From NCBI GenBank assembly GCA_963775425.1, contig CAVZJB010000016.1, positions 512,001 to 576,000 of the forward strand: a stretch of 64,000 nt of DNA, given 5' to 3'. The translations under genes were made by a program, and so were the position numbers. Origin of the DNA: an uncultured delta proteobacterium. Its GTDB lineage: Bacteria > Myxococcota > UBA727 > VGSZ01. Shown piece by piece: positions 63,734 to 64,000 of the stretch. Every line of letters begins with the position of its first letter. Within the stretch, counting starts at the first letter, position 1. The notes under the pieces are model-generated. The model was given only the letters and a program-made list of their open reading frames with translations. It was not told the origin of the DNA and ran no database searches.

Positions 63734-64000
63734 TCAACTCCCGTAATTGGGCTTCCTGTCGAAGTGGTGCTCGGCCTCGATGAAGCGGATGGTGCCCGAC
63801 TTGCTTCGCATGACGATCGAGTGCGTGTGCGCGCCGCCCTTGAAGAAGCGAACGCCCTTGAGCATGTCGCCGGACGTGACGCCGGTGGCGGCGAACATGA
63901 CGTCGCCGCGCGCGAGGTCCATGAGCCCCCACTTGCGATCGAGGTCCTTGATGCCCATGGCCGCGCCGCGATCGCGCTCCTTGTCCGAGCGGAACATCAA
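63734..64000 (-). CDS. glpX: Class II fructose-1,6-bisphosphatase, 3' part (runs off the right edge)
   Basis: DVMFAATGVTSGDMLKGV..THSIVMRSKSGTIRFIEAEH. Confidence 0.92.
   Translation of the reverse strand: MMFRSDKERDRGAAMGIKDLDRKWGLMDLARGDVMFAATGVTSGDMLKGVRFFKGGAHTHSIVMRSKSGTIRFIEAEHHFDRKPNYGS

Overview
Very GC-rich, gene-dense window whose content points to a Myxococcota/deltaproteobacterial chromosome: a MYXO-CTERM-like tail, PilZ, FHA, cNMP-binding, Ser/Thr kinase-like and many lipoprotein genes. Housekeeping genes (purB, dut, plsB, scoA/scoB, psd, a UvrD/PcrA helicase, typA, partial glpX) are interleaved with signalling genes and secreted or surface proteins. The standout is a compact candidate RiPP-like system at ~32.3-38.6 kb. 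An HPr-kinase-like protein fused to a PqqD/RRE domain and a radical SAM enzyme with a reduced SPASM/Twitch domain converge on a 62-aa peptide. That peptide has a YxxP-type leader, two Cys and a C-terminal Ser, and is translationally coupled to a 1325-aa C25 (gingipain-like) protease with a MYXO-CTERM-like anchor. Also seen: two interrupted genes (a frameshifted alpha/beta hydrolase and a metalloprotease lipoprotein with an in-frame TGA), a kinase-gene scar, several apparent pseudo-enzymes and a tandem pair of single-pass proteins with cytoplasmic zinc ribbons. No rRNA, tRNA, CRISPR array or transposase was recognised. All family calls come from reading motifs by eye, not from database searches, and many start codons are best guesses.
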